Position numbers and translations under genes: made by a program. A stretch of 64,000 bases of DNA from Candidatus Methylopumilus sp. GTDB lineage: Bacteria; Pseudomonadota; Gammaproteobacteria; Burkholderiales; Methylophilaceae. Positions 30,497 to 40,731 of the stretch are shown here, in pieces. Within the stretch, counting starts at the first letter, position 1, and the number at the start of each line of letters is the position of its first letter. The notes below the pieces were generated by a model. It did not search any database and was not told where the DNA came from. It saw only the letters and a list, made by a program, of their open reading frames with translations. The stretch spans positions 10,576-74,575 of the forward strand of contig JAHEEA010000011.1 of assembly GCA_024640945.1 (NCBI GenBank), given 5' to 3'.

Positions 30497-30855
30497 TCTC
30501 GGCTCTTTGCACCACGTTCGATAATGACACCAAGTGCTTTTACGCCTGGCAAAATTCCAGGTTTTGCGACTTTTATTTTGATCCACGGGGTGCCAAAATC
30601 AGACATAACCATTTGGCATAAATCTTCTGCTAGCGCTTCCACTAATTGAAATGATTTTGTTGTGAGACGTTCGCGAATTTTGGCGACGACTGTACCGTAA
30701 TCGATGGTGTCATCAATTTGGTCTGTTTTACAGCTATTACTGTTTGGCATGGCGATTTCGATATCGAGCAAAATCGTTTGCGCAACCATACGCTCCCAAG
30801 CTGGGACGCCTAGTTTAGTTTGCACTTTAACTTCGTTTAAAAAAATAATGTCCAT
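30493..30855 (-). CDS. folB: Dihydroneopterin aldolase
   Basis: 120 aa with MDIIFL...GV..WER...Q....D tunnelling-fold motifs. Divergent from plsY as in E. coli. Confidence 0.85.
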   Translation of the reverse strand: MDIIFLNEVKVQTKLGVPAWERMVAQTILLDIEIAMPNSNSCKTDQIDDTIDYGTVVAKIRERLTTKSFQLVEALAEDLCQMVMSDFGTPWIKIKVAKPGILPGVKALGVIIERGAKSRD

Positions 30856-30913
30856 GCGACGACTTGGCCTATATGGTTTAGAATTGAACTTTTAGATTTT
30901 AGAGCATCTCGTC

Positions 30914-31546
30914 ATGAATGAGTTAGGATTTATTCCAGTCAGTCCAGTCGCAATCATTCAAATTGTTGCCGCATATTTATTGGGCTCAATTGCCTTTGGG
31001 ATTGTGGTCAGTAAGTTATTCAAATTACCAGATCCAAGAACTGTAGGCTCCGGTAATCCTGGCGCTACCAACGTGCTGCGAAGTGGCAAAAAATCAGCTG
31101 CAGCGTTGACGCTCCTCGGTGATGCATTTAAAGGATGGTTTCCGGTTTGGTTAGTGATGCAACCCGATGGCGGTGTAATGTGGATTACCAGTGCGGTTGC
31201 GATTGCTGTATTTTTAGGACACTTATACCCGGTGTTTCACAAGTTCAAAGGTGGTAAAGGGGTTGCGACAGCCTTGGGCGTGATGTTGGCCATTTCGCCT
31301 AGCCTGGCTTTGGCGGCAGTGCTAACTTGGGTGATGATATTTGTGGTAACTAAATTCTCTTCATTGTCCGCCATCATGGCTGCCATGATGGCACCTGTTT
31401 ATGCGTGGTATCTTTTAGATGATGCCTACCATGATTTTGAAATGGTGGTGGCTTTTGTGAGCATTATGTTGGTGTGGCGTCATCGCACGAACATTCAGAA
31501 ATTGCTCAATGGCACTGAGGCTGGTTTCGGCAAGAAAAAGCACTAA
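30914..31546 (+). CDS. plsY: Glycerol-3-phosphate acyltransferase PlsY
   Basis: GSGNPGATNVLR and HLYPVFHKFKGGKGVAT motifs. Confidence 0.92.
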   Translation: MNELGFIPVSPVAIIQIVAAYLLGSIAFGIVVSKLFKLPDPRTVGSGNPGATNVLRSGKKSAAALTLLGDAFKGWFPVWLVMQPDGGVMWITSAVAIAVFLGHLYPVFHKFKGGKGVATALGVMLAISPSLALAAVLTWVMIFVVTKFSSLSAIMAAMMAPVYAWYLLDDAYHDFEMVVAFVSIMLVWRHRTNIQKLLNGTEAGFGKKKH

Positions 31547-31547
31547 T

Positions 31548-32579
31548 TTAGTTTGCAGATGGCGTTTGTAGTTCAGCTAAATCCCAGCGCGGTCTCACGG
31601 TAAAGCTGTGGTTATTATTCATGTTTTGAGTCATGGCTTCTAACCTTAATGCGCCTGCGAATCCAATCATTGCGCCATTGTCAGTGCAAAACTCTAGTCT
31701 TGGATAATGCACATGGCATAGCTTACGTTTTGTGGCGAAATTAAGTTGTTCTCTTAGGCGCTTATTAGCGCCAACGCCGCCAGAAACGATCAATTGATCG
31801 AGTCCTGTTTCGCGTAATGCACTCATACATTTAACCGTTAGAATTTCAGTCACGGCCTCTTGGAATTCATAAGCAATATCTGCTTTAGTCTGCAAATCAC
31901 TATCGTTATTATTTGCTAAGGTAAGTACGGCTGTTTTTAAGCCGCTAAAGCTAAAGTTTAAATCGCCGCTGTTTAGCATGGGGCGAGGTAGCTTGAACCG
32001 ACCTTTCTCGCCTTGCGCGGCCAATTTTGCAACAGCAGGGCCGCCTGGGTAATCCAAACCTAATAACTTTGCTGTTTTATCAAAAGCCTCGCCTGCGGCA
32101 TCATCAAGCGTGTCGCCAAGTAATTTGTACTCGCCTATGCCAGTGACCTTCATGAGTTGGGTATGTCCACCGGAAACTAATAAGGCTACAAATGGAAAAG
32201 CTGGTGGATTTTCTTCTAGCAACGGAGCTAGTAAATGACCTTCTAGGTGATGTACGCCGATTGTTGGAATATTTAAGGTGAATGCTAAGGCTTCAGCAAT
32301 GCTGGTTCCAACAAGAAGTGCGCCAGATAACCCCGGGCCTTGTGTGTAAGCAATGCCATCGATGTCTTTTAAGCTTAAGTTGGCTTGGTCTAGTACTTTT
32401 TGCGTGAGAGGTAGTGCGCGACGAATATGGTCACGGGAAGCGAGTTCAGGCACGACACCGCCATATTCTGAATGCATTTCAATTTGAGAATGCAGCGCGT
32501 GTGCAAGTAAGCCTTTTTCAGTGTCGTAGAGTGCGATACCGGTCTCGTCGCAAGAAGATTCAAAGCCTAAAACAATCAT
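31548..32579 (-). CDS. tsaD: tRNA N6-adenosine threonylcarbamoyltransferase
   Basis: [12 protein letters not shown]..., HHLEGHLL metal site, Kae1/TsaD family. Divergent from rpsU as in E. coli. Confidence 0.95.
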   Translation of the reverse strand: MIVLGFESSCDETGIALYDTEKGLLAHALHSQIEMHSEYGGVVPELASRDHIRRALPLTQKVLDQANLSLKDIDGIAYTQGPGLSGALLVGTSIAEALAFTLNIPTIGVHHLEGHLLAPLLEENPPAFPFVALLVSGGHTQLMKVTGIGEYKLLGDTLDDAAGEAFDKTAKLLGLDYPGGPAVAKLAAQGEKGRFKLPRPMLNSGDLNFSFSGLKTAVLTLANNNDSDLQTKADIAYEFQEAVTEILTVKCMSALRETGLDQLIVSGGVGANKRLREQLNFATKRKLCHVHYPRLEFCTDNGAMIGFAGALRLEAMTQNMNNNHSFTVRPRWDLAELQTPSAN

Positions 32580-32660
32580 GTATGGTTCTTGAAATTTTAA
32601 AAATACTGTTATTGAAGTAATGAATGCTACATTAGAACAATATGTTTCATCACATAATCA

Positions 32661-32689
32661 TTGATAATTTGTAGCTGACCCGATAGAAT
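32661..32689 (+). promoter_or_regulatory. Candidate sigma-70 promoter of rpsU-yqeY-dnaG-rpoD
   Basis: TTGATA (32661-32666), 17-nt spacer, TAGAAT (32684-32689). Confidence 0.45.
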
Positions 32690-32741
32690 AGCAAACTTTT
32701 CCGCAATTTCTACCGAAAAATTTAATTGTAAAGAGAGATTT

Positions 32742-32954
32742 ATGTCTAGTGTACGTGTTAAAGAAAATGAGCCGTTTGACGTAGCGCTTCGTCGCTTCAA
32801 ACGCATGATTGAAAAAACTGGTTTGTTGACAGACTTGCGCGCTCGCGAGTTTTACGAGAAGCCAACATGGGAACGTAAACGTAAAGCTGCTGCAGCTGTT
32901 AAACGTCACTATCGTCGTATTCGTAACCAAACTTTAGCTCCCAAACTTTACTAG
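32742..32954 (+). CDS. rpsU: 30S ribosomal protein S21
   Basis: 70 aa, basic; [16 protein letters not shown]... matches canonical S21. Confidence 0.95.
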   Translation: MSSVRVKENEPFDVALRRFKRMIEKTGLLTDLRAREFYEKPTWERKRKAAAAVKRHYRRIRNQTLAPKLY

Positions 32955-32985
32955 TTTCTAGTAAAAAGAATTTCGAGGTTTTGCA

Positions 32986-33432
32986 GTGTCATTAAAAGCG
33001 CGTATTTCTGAAGATATGAAAAACGCAATGCGTGCTAAAGATAGCGCGCGTTTAGGCGCAATTCGTTTGTTACAGTCCGCAATTAAGCAACGTGAAGTGG
33101 ATGAACGTATCGAATTGGATGACATGCAAGTGGTTGAGGCAATCGAAAAGATGCTGAAACAACGTCGTGATTCTATTTCTCAATATGAAGCGGCTAACCG
33201 TCATGATTTAGCAGATGTTGAGAAGTTTGAAGTTGGTGTGTTACAAGAGTATTTGCCTCAGGCGCTGACTGATGAAGAAGTGGACGTAATTTTGACGCAA
33301 GTCATTACGGAAACTGGCGCAGTGGGGATTAAAGATATGAGTAAGGTCATGGCAGGCATTAAGCCTCTGGTAGTGGGTCGCGCTGACATGGCTAAAATCT
33401 CAGGCCTTATTAAATCAAGGCTCGGCAGTTAA
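32986..33432 (+). CDS. yqeY: GatB/YqeY domain protein
   Basis: 148 aa with the typical MSLKARI.EDMK.AMRAKD N-terminus. GTG start. Confidence 0.85.
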   Translation: MSLKARISEDMKNAMRAKDSARLGAIRLLQSAIKQREVDERIELDDMQVVEAIEKMLKQRRDSISQYEAANRHDLADVEKFEVGVLQEYLPQALTDEEVDVILTQVITETGAVGIKDMSKVMAGIKPLVVGRADMAKISGLIKSRLGS

Positions 33433-33464
33433 ATTTTTGCAAAGTAGTGATCACTAGAAACGAT

Positions 33465-33488
33465 AAAGGAGCTCGCGGCTCCTTTTTT
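33465..33488 (+). terminator. Internal terminator/attenuator before dnaG
   Basis: Stem aggagc / gctcct, loop tcgcg, then a T6 run. Its position is analogous to the attenuator before dnaG in the E. coli macromolecular synthesis operon. Confidence 0.6.
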
Positions 33489-33546
33489 GTTTTAATTGAC
33501 CAAGCGATGATGCTGGTCAAGACCTTTAGGGCATAGGTTGCAGAAT

Positions 33547-35292
33547 ATGATTCCAGAAAGTTTTATTCAGGAACTCATTAATCGCGTTGATATTATTGAT
33601 GTGATTGATAAAAGCGTGCCACTTAAAAAAGCTGGTGCGAATTATTCTGCGTGCTGCCCATTCCATAACGAAAAGTCTCCATCATTTACTGTCAGTCCAA
33701 GTAAGCAGTTTTATCATTGCTTTGGTTGCGGTGCGCATGGCACGGCAATTGGTTTCTTGATGGAATATCAAGGTTTAAGTTTTGTTGAGGCGGTGCAAGA
33801 GTTAGCGAAAATGGTTGGGATGATAGTCCCACAAGAAACGCGTGATCCAGAAAAGCCTCAGCAAAAAGCTATTCCAGGTATGCAAGAAGCTTTGCAGGCA
33901 GCGTTGAATTATTATCGCGCTGAACTTAAGAAGTCTCAGCGTGCAATCGATTATTTAAAAGGTCGTGGCTTAAGCGGTAAAGTTGCTGGGCAATTTCAAA
34001 TGGGCTATGCCCCAGCTGGCTGGCAAAATTTGCAGTCTGTCTTTTCGCAATATGACAGTGAGATTCTGGCTACCATCGGCTTGGTGGTTGAAAATGAGCA
34101 GGGTAAGCGTTATGACCGCTTCCGTGATCGCATTATGTTTCCAATTCACGATCAAAAGGGACAAGTCATTGGCTTTGGCGGCCGTGTGATTAATCCTGAA
34201 GACACGCCTAAATATTACAACTCTCCTGAAACTCCTTTGTTTCAAAAAGGTCATGAACTCTATGGCCTATTTATGGCGCGACGTGCGATGCGAGATGCGG
34301 GGCGTGCGCTGGTGGTCGAGGGTTATATGGATGTGGTTGCGCTTGCGCAATACGGTATTGAGTACGCCGTTGCTGCTCTAGGGACAGCGACTACGCCATT
34401 TCACATTACTAAGTTAATGCGCCAGACGGATGAGATAGTCTTCTGTTTTGACGGCGACAATGCGGGTAAAAAAGCGGCATGGCGTGCAGCCATGAATGCT
34501 TTACCTGCGCTTAATGATGGCTTGAAATTGAGCTTCTTATTCTTACCTGAAGAGCATGACCCTGATAGTTATGTGCGCGAATTTGGTAAAGAGGCGTTTG
34601 AAGCCAAAATGCAAGTGGCGTTGCCTTTATCGCAATACATCATTCAGCATTTAAGTGAAGAAAACAGCCTGCAATCGCAAGAAGATAAGGTTCAGTTTTT
34701 GAATGAAGTCGAGCCCATTTTGCAGCAAATTCAAGCGCCTAGATTGCGCTTGTTATTGAGTAAGCGAGTTGCTGAGCTGACCGGTATTTCGCTGGGTGAA
34801 ATGAAGAGCATGATTAAAATGCCGACGATACAGCGCACCAAGACTGCTGCTCCTAGACAGGTTCGAACAACGGTTTCATTGCATCGCCGTTTTTTATTAA
34901 TGTTGTTGATGCGTCCAGATTTAGTTGTGCAGCAAGATTTAGAGTGGGTGCAAAGTAATACTGAGGAAGAGCGCTTGCTAAGCGCTGGCATTCAAGTTGC
35001 TTTAACTTACCCAAGCTCTAAGCCAGCTGCCATCTTGCATCAACTGCAAGATAAGGCTGATGCGAGATTAGTTAGGGAAGTTGAAAGAGAATTGCATTTG
35101 TTGGATGAAAGTTTGGATATTGAGCTTGAATTTAATGGTGCACGCCACCAATTAATGGAGATGTATCAGCAACAATCGCACACCTCATTGCTCGATAGAC
35201 TGAAAGAAAAAAGTTTGAGTGAATTAACTGAGCAAGATCGAGCTTTGCTCAAAACTCTTGGAAATAGTGCTAAAAATAAGCAGCAATTTTGA
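33547..35292 (+). CDS. dnaG: DNA primase
   Basis: Zinc ribbon CCPFHNEKSPSF...YHCFGCGAHG, TOPRIM VVEGYMDV...DGDNAG. An alternative TTG start lies at 33538. Confidence 0.95.
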   Translation: MIPESFIQELINRVDIIDVIDKSVPLKKAGANYSACCPFHNEKSPSFTVSPSKQFYHCFGCGAHGTAIGFLMEYQGLSFVEAVQELAKMVGMIVPQETRDPEKPQQKAIPGMQEALQAALNYYRAELKKSQRAIDYLKGRGLSGKVAGQFQMGYAPAGWQNLQSVFSQYDSEILATIGLVVENEQGKRYDRFRDRIMFPIHDQKGQVIGFGGRVINPEDTPKYYNSPETPLFQKGHELYGLFMARRAMRDAGRALVVEGYMDVVALAQYGIEYAVAALGTATTPFHITKLMRQTDEIVFCFDGDNAGKKAAWRAAMNALPALNDGLKLSFLFLPEEHDPDSYVREFGKEAFEAKMQVALPLSQYIIQHLSEENSLQSQEDKVQFLNEVEPILQQIQAPRLRLLLSKRVAELTGISLGEMKSMIKMPTIQRTKTAAPRQVRTTVSLHRRFLLMLLMRPDLVVQQDLEWVQSNTEEERLLSAGIQVALTYPSSKPAAILHQLQDKADARLVREVERELHLLDESLDIELEFNGARHQLMEMYQQQSHTSLLDRLKEKSLSELTEQDRALLKTLGNSAKNKQQF

Positions 35293-35348
35293 GGTATAAT
35301 ATCGGGTTTTCCGTAAACCATTCTCGGTTCAGGGGATAGAGGTTAAGC

Positions 35349-37259
35349 ATGGCAAAAGATAAAGATCTAAAAAACGAGCAAGATATTGATAAGGCAGACG
35401 ATCAGGCTGTTGATAGCCGTACGCGTTTGAAATTATTGATTGTTCTTGGTAAAGAGCGTGGCTACTTAACTTACGCTGAAATTAACGATCACTTGCCAGA
35501 TGATGTTCAGGATTCTGAACAGATCGATGGCATTATCGGCATGATTAACGATATGGGTATTCAGGTGTACGAAGAAGCGCCTGATGCTGAAGTATTGTTG
35601 ATGTCTGATGCGCCTCCAGCGGTTACCGATGAAGATGCGGTAGAAGAAGCGGAGCAAGCGCTAGCTACAGTTGATTCTGAATTCGGCCGAACCACAGACC
35701 CAGTGCGTATGTACATGCGTGAAATGGGTACGGTTGATCTATTAACACGTGAAGGCGAGATTGAAATTGCTAAGCGTATTGAGGATGGCCTAAAACACAT
35801 GGTGCAAGCGATTGCGGCTTGCCCAACAACGATTACCGAATTGCTCGAAATGGTTGCTAAAGTCGAGCAAGATGAATTAAGTGTTGATGATTTGGTTGAT
35901 GGTTTGATTGACTCTGATGTCGGTATGGACTCAGTCATGGCAAGCGAAACCGAAGACGAAGATGCTGAGCTTGAAGATGAGGAAGACGAAGAAGATGATG
36001 ACGGCGCAAAAGCCGCAGCGATCTCTGCAGAAGCTCTTGCTAAGCTAAAAGAAGAAGTGTTAACACGTTTTGCTGTGATTCGTGAATCACATCAGAAAAT
36101 GACTAAGATTTTAGAAACAAAAGGCTCGCAAGATAAAGAGTATCAAGAGCTGCAAGCGATTGTGCTTGAAGCGCTAACGGTATTCCGTTTTTCTGCTAAG
36201 CAAGTTGAAGCTTTATGTAGCCGTGTGCGTGATATGGTTGAAGAAGTGCGCGGCCATGAACGTAAGATTATGGAGTTCTCAGTTGATAAATCTGGGATGC
36301 CGCGTACTCACTTTATTAAATCGTTCCCAGGTAACGAATGTGACCTTGAATGGTTGGGTAAAGAATTAGCGGTTGATAAGCCTTATGTTGAAAAATTAGA
36401 GCGTTTTAAACACTCTATCGTTGATCAACAACAACGCTTACTTGATATTCAAGCACGTGTTGGTTTGCCAATCAAAGAGCTAAAAGATATTAACAAGCAA
36501 ATGACGACAGGCGAAGCGCGTGCTCGTCGTGCTAAACGTGAAATGATTGAAGCTAACTTACGTTTGGTGATTTCGATTGCTAAAAAATACACCAATCGTG
36601 GTTTGCAGTTCCTTGACTTGATTCAAGAGGGCAATATCGGTTTGATGAAAGCGGTAGATAAATTCGAATATCGCCGTGGTTATAAATTCTCAACTTATGC
36701 TACATGGTGGATTCGTCAGGCGATTACACGTTCTATTGCAGATCAGGCACGCACAATTCGTATCCCTGTGCATATGATTGAAACCATCAATAAGATGAAT
36801 CGTATCAGTCGCCAAATCTTGCAAGAAACTGGTTTAGAGCCAGATCCAGCGACGCTTGCTGAAAAAATGGAAATGCCGGAAGACAAAATCCGCAAGATTC
36901 TAAAAATCAGTAAAGAGCCGATTTCAATGGAAACACCAATTGGTGATGATGATGATTCGCACTTGGGTGATTTTATTGAAGATAACACCACGCTTGCACC
37001 AGTTGATGCGGCTGTATATGCAAGCTTGCGTGACGCAACCAGTGAAGTATTAGAGTCACTAACACCGCGTGAAGCAAAAGTTTTACGTATGCGTTTTGGT
37101 ATTGAAATGAATACTGACCATACGTTGGAAGAAGTAGGTAAGCAGTTTGATGTAACGCGTGAGCGTATTCGCCAAATCGAAGCGAAAGCCTTACGTAAGT
37201 TACGTCATCCAACTCGTTCTGAGCGTTTGCGTAGCTTCCTAGAAACAGGGCAAGACTAA
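35349..37259 (+). CDS. rpoD: RNA polymerase sigma factor RpoD (sigma-70)
   Basis: 636 aa with an acidic region 1, the rpoD box [27 protein letters not shown], and region 4.2 [28 protein letters not shown]. Confidence 0.97.
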   Translation: MAKDKDLKNEQDIDKADDQAVDSRTRLKLLIVLGKERGYLTYAEINDHLPDDVQDSEQIDGIIGMINDMGIQVYEEAPDAEVLLMSDAPPAVTDEDAVEEAEQALATVDSEFGRTTDPVRMYMREMGTVDLLTREGEIEIAKRIEDGLKHMVQAIAACPTTITELLEMVAKVEQDELSVDDLVDGLIDSDVGMDSVMASETEDEDAELEDEEDEEDDDGAKAAAISAEALAKLKEEVLTRFAVIRESHQKMTKILETKGSQDKEYQELQAIVLEALTVFRFSAKQVEALCSRVRDMVEEVRGHERKIMEFSVDKSGMPRTHFIKSFPGNECDLEWLGKELAVDKPYVEKLERFKHSIVDQQQRLLDIQARVGLPIKELKDINKQMTTGEARARRAKREMIEANLRLVISIAKKYTNRGLQFLDLIQEGNIGLMKAVDKFEYRRGYKFSTYATWWIRQAITRSIADQARTIRIPVHMIETINKMNRISRQILQETGLEPDPATLAEKMEMPEDKIRKILKISKEPISMETPIGDDDDSHLGDFIEDNTTLAPVDAAVYASLRDATSEVLESLTPREAKVLRMRFGIEMNTDHTLEEVGKQFDVTRERIRQIEAKALRKLRHPTRSERLRSFLETGQD

Positions 37260-37275
37260 TAAGTAATCGTTTTAA

Positions 37276-37354
<79 letters not shown>

Positions 37355-37361
37355 AATAGAA

Positions 37362-37389
37362 GCCTTGTAATTCGCAAGGTAGTTTTTTT
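37362..37389 (+). terminator. Rho-independent terminator after the tRNA
   Basis: Stem gccttg / caaggt (one G-U pair), 7-nt loop, followed by A-G-T7. Confidence 0.6.
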
Positions 37390-37406
37390 GATCATTAGGG
37401 TTAAAA

Positions 37407-37652
37407 ATGTATACTAAATTGATATTAGATAATTTAAAAAAACACGGCCAAAGACTTGATAGGGAAATTGCTAAAGATACTGGCATTTCACTATTACAAG
37501 TTCGTACTTCTATTTCAGAATTAGAAGGTAATAAAGCGGTTTCAAGTTGCAGTGTGATTAATTATGAAGATGGCGTTGCTATTGAAGGTTTACTATGCCG
37601 CGTATCTGGATATATTCCACCTGCTGCACCAGGCAGAAAGCCAACGCACTAA
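37407..37652 (+). CDS. Small stand-alone winged-helix (AsnC/Lrp-type HTH-like) protein
   Basis: 81 aa. ILDNLKKHGQRLDREIAKDTGISLLQVRTSISELEGNKAV resembles the N-terminal HTH of Lrp/AsnC regulators, but there is no ligand-binding domain. Confidence 0.5.
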   Translation: MYTKLILDNLKKHGQRLDREIAKDTGISLLQVRTSISELEGNKAVSSCSVINYEDGVAIEGLLCRVSGYIPPAAPGRKPTH

Positions 37653-37671
37653 ATTGATTGTAGACAAAAAT

Positions 37672-37699
37672 AAAAAAGCCCACGGATGTGGGCTTTTTT
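37672..37699. terminator. Bidirectional terminator between convergent genes
   Basis: A6-gcccac-ggat-gtgggc-T6. Confidence 0.85.
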
Positions 37700-37718
37700 A
37701 TTGATTTCGATAAGTAGA

Positions 37719-39203
37719 CTAAGTCCCGCAGAATGTTTTGTATGGCTCACTTGAGGCAGGTGGTGCAGCTTGGTATGGCTTATTTTTGGGGTTTTCATCA
37801 TAAGGTTGAGATAGCACTTCAATTAGCTCAGCTGTCAGCGATAAATCACCTTGTTCTGCCGCGGCTAGCGCGCTTTCAACTTGATGATTCCGGGCAATGA
37901 CACTGGGGTTGTTAGATTGCATTAACTCAATAGCACTTTCAATGGATTCTGCTTGTGATTGAAGACGTTGGTGCCAGCGCTGGTGCCATTGTATGAAGTC
38001 TGTTTGATTGGATATAGATTCAGGATTCTCTACTATGTTGGCGAGCTTACGAAGCGTATTGGTGTAATCCATTTGATAGTTCTGCATGACTGATAATAAA
38101 TCCTCAACCAAAGATAAGTCCCCAGATTGCTCATTGAATAAGCCTAGTTTGCGCCCCATGATGCTTAGCCAATGTCGCTTAAGCTTAATAGAAAAACCAT
38201 GTAAGGCATCTTCTGCAATTTGAATGGATAGATTGCTGTGTTGGCTGAGTAAAGGCAGTAAGGTCTCGGCAAAACGTGCCAAATTCCATTGACCCATATG
38301 AGGTTGATTTCCAAAAGCATATCGCCCTAATTGGTCAATGGAGCTAAATACAGTTGCTTGATCATAGTTATCCATAAATGCGCAGGGGCCATAATCAATC
38401 GTCTCACCACAAATTGACATGTTGTCCGTATTCATCACACCGTGAATAAAACCGACCGACATCCACTGGGCAATTAATTTTGATTGTCTATCAATGACTG
38501 CATCCAAGAATGCACTGTATTTATTTTCTGTGCCTTCAAGGTCTGCGAAGTGCCTATTAATGGTGTAGTCTGCTAGAGATCGAACGCCTTCAACACCTAA
38601 GCTGGATGAAGCGTATTGAAAAGTCCCCACGCGAATATGGCTGGCTGCAACTCTTGTTAAAATTGCGCCAGGCAGTGTTCGTTCTCGGTAGACTGGCTCA
38701 CCTGTTGTGACAACTGCTAAACTGCGGGTGCTGGGGATATTAAGCGCATGCATCGCTTCGCTAATAATGTATTCACGTAGCATCGGTCCCAAAGCGGCTC
38801 GTCCATCACCGCGGCGAGAATATGCAGTTGCTCCTGCGCCTTTTAATTGAATATCAACCCTCATCTTATCTGGGGTGATATGCTCTCCGAGTAATATTGC
38901 TCGACCATCGCCCAGTATATTGAAATGCCCGAATTGATGACCTGCATAAGCTTGTGCAATAGGATCAGTGCCTTCAGGAATTTTATTGCCGCTGAAAACT
39001 TCCTCCCCTTGAGTGCTCATTAAGGCATTACTATCTAAACCTAATGAGCTGGCGAGTGGCTGATTAAATAAAACAATATGTGGATCACGAACTTTACTTG
39101 GAGATTGCCTTGAGAAAAATGCCGATGGTAATTGCACGTAGCTGTTATTAAAATTCAAGCCAGCCCAGTTTTTTTGTTTGCTACGATCAGTCAATTTCGT
39201 CAA
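37719..39203 (-). CDS. selO: Protein adenylyltransferase SelO (YdiU/UPF0061)
   Basis: 494 aa pseudokinase-fold family. YAGHQFG, GDGRA, HGVMNTDNMS and IDYGP motifs. TTG start. Confidence 0.9.
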   Translation of the reverse strand: MTKLTDRSKQKNWAGLNFNNSYVQLPSAFFSRQSPSKVRDPHIVLFNQPLASSLGLDSNALMSTQGEEVFSGNKIPEGTDPIAQAYAGHQFGHFNILGDGRAILLGEHITPDKMRVDIQLKGAGATAYSRRGDGRAALGPMLREYIISEAMHALNIPSTRSLAVVTTGEPVYRERTLPGAILTRVAASHIRVGTFQYASSSLGVEGVRSLADYTINRHFADLEGTENKYSAFLDAVIDRQSKLIAQWMSVGFIHGVMNTDNMSICGETIDYGPCAFMDNYDQATVFSSIDQLGRYAFGNQPHMGQWNLARFAETLLPLLSQHSNLSIQIAEDALHGFSIKLKRHWLSIMGRKLGLFNEQSGDLSLVEDLLSVMQNYQMDYTNTLRKLANIVENPESISNQTDFIQWHQRWHQRLQSQAESIESAIELMQSNNPSVIARNHQVESALAAAEQGDLSLTAELIEVLSQPYDENPKNKPYQAAPPASSEPYKTFCGT

Positions 39204-39344
39204 TCTCTAGTAAATTACTAGGATATTAACGTCTGGTGTAATAAAAGAGAAGTCTTGAATGTAGGATGAACTAATTGTTAATGCTGACTACTAACTAAAG
39301 CGAAATATTTTAAAGTGCTGTTGTAATTAAAACTAAGGAATGCC

Positions 39345-40727
39345 ATGTTGTTTAACCATCATAAAACCATTATTAATTTTGCGTTGATTGCTTTCACTAG
39401 CTTTCTTGCGAGCACTTCTTTTGCGGAGTCTCGTGCAGAATTTCCCATTGAGCAATTTAAAAAGTTTAGTGAAGTTTACGCAAAAATTAAAAGTGAATAT
39501 GTCGATGAGGTCGATGATAACAAGTTGTTCATGGATGCAATCAACGGCGCTTTGGCTGGTTTAGACCCACATTCTAGTTATTTAGATTATGAAGGTATGA
39601 AGGATTTTGGGATTGCCACTAAAGGTGAATTTGGCGGCTTGGGTTTAGAGGTTGGGATGGAAGATGGGTTAGTAAAGGTCGTCTCACCTATTGAGGATAC
39701 GCCTGCATATCGTGCAGGGATTAAGTCTGGCGACTTAATTGTGCAATTAGATGGTAATCCGGTAAAAGGTTTGTCATTGGGTGATGCAATTAAGCGTATG
39801 CGTGGTAAGCCAAATACTCAAATTAAATTAGGGATTTCAAGAAAAGGTGAAGCGGCAATTGTTGAGATTACATTGACGCGCGCCGTCATTAAGAATCCAA
39901 GTGTTAAATATAAGCTTTCTGATGCAGGATATCCTTATCTTAGAATTACCCAATTTCAAGAACGTACAGGTGAAGACCTTGCTAAAGCATTGCTGACAAT
40001 ACACGAACAATCACAAGTGCCGCTTAAAGGCTTGGTGCTGGATTTAAGAAACAACCCTGGGGGTTTAGTGACTTCGGCCGTTTCTGTGAGTGCAGCATTT
40101 CTAAAAAAAGACGCATTGATTGTTTATTCTGAAGGCCGTGCGCCCGATGCAAAAATGCGATTATTTGCGAACCCAAGAAATTATGTTGGCGATAGACTCG
40201 AGGATGATTATCTGAAAGATCTGCCGGCTGAAATCAAGACATTGCCTATGGTAGTCTTGGTCAACGCAGGCTCTGCATCTGCTTCAGAAATTGTCGCTGG
40301 TGCTTTGCAAGATCATCAGCGCGCTAAAGTATTAGGTACTCAGAGTTTCGGTAAAGGTACTATTCAGACCTTATTGCCACTTAGTAGTGGCTCCGCTGTT
40401 AAATTAACAGTCGCTAAATATTTCACCCCAAGCGGCCGTTCTATTCAAGCGAAAGGAATTACGCCGGATGTGATTGTTGAGGATCCAACAATTTCAGTTG
40501 CTGATGCTGCGAATGTTAGGCGAGAGTCTAGTCTGAGCAATCATATTGCTAATCCAAATGAATCAAAGAAGTCTGCTCAAACAAATACAGCAGTCGTAAA
40601 AGACACTCCTAAAACACAATTCTCAGATCAAACTTTGGTGGAGGCTGGAACAGCAAGTGACTATCAATATACTCAAGCGATTAATTTACTTAAAGGGCAG
40701 GAAGTGGTTTCGGTCAAAAAGCAATAA
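39345..40727 (+). CDS. ctpA: Carboxy-terminal processing peptidase (S41 family)
   Basis: Signal peptide, PDZ domain (GLGLEV...AGIKSGDLI), catalytic Ser region NAGSASASEIVAGAL. Confidence 0.88.
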   Translation: MLFNHHKTIINFALIAFTSFLASTSFAESRAEFPIEQFKKFSEVYAKIKSEYVDEVDDNKLFMDAINGALAGLDPHSSYLDYEGMKDFGIATKGEFGGLGLEVGMEDGLVKVVSPIEDTPAYRAGIKSGDLIVQLDGNPVKGLSLGDAIKRMRGKPNTQIKLGISRKGEAAIVEITLTRAVIKNPSVKYKLSDAGYPYLRITQFQERTGEDLAKALLTIHEQSQVPLKGLVLDLRNNPGGLVTSAVSVSAAFLKKDALIVYSEGRAPDAKMRLFANPRNYVGDRLEDDYLKDLPAEIKTLPMVVLVNAGSASASEIVAGALQDHQRAKVLGTQSFGKGTIQTLLPLSSGSAVKLTVAKYFTPSGRSIQAKGITPDVIVEDPTISVADAANVRRESSLSNHIANPNESKKSAQTNTAVVKDTPKTQFSDQTLVEAGTASDYQYTQAINLLKGQEVVSVKKQ

Positions 40728-40731
40728 CGCC

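Noticed and set aside
32655-32675. Fur-box-like ATAATCATTGATAAT in the tsaD/rpsU intergenic region
   Set aside because: It aligns poorly to the 19-bp consensus in any register and overlaps the predicted rpsU -35 box. It is most likely AT-rich promoter sequence.
35561-35938. 125-aa minus-strand ORF, plus the other small ORFs inside rpoD
   Set aside because: It is antisense to the acidic region of rpoD, is Ser/Thr-rich and low complexity, and is judged spurious.
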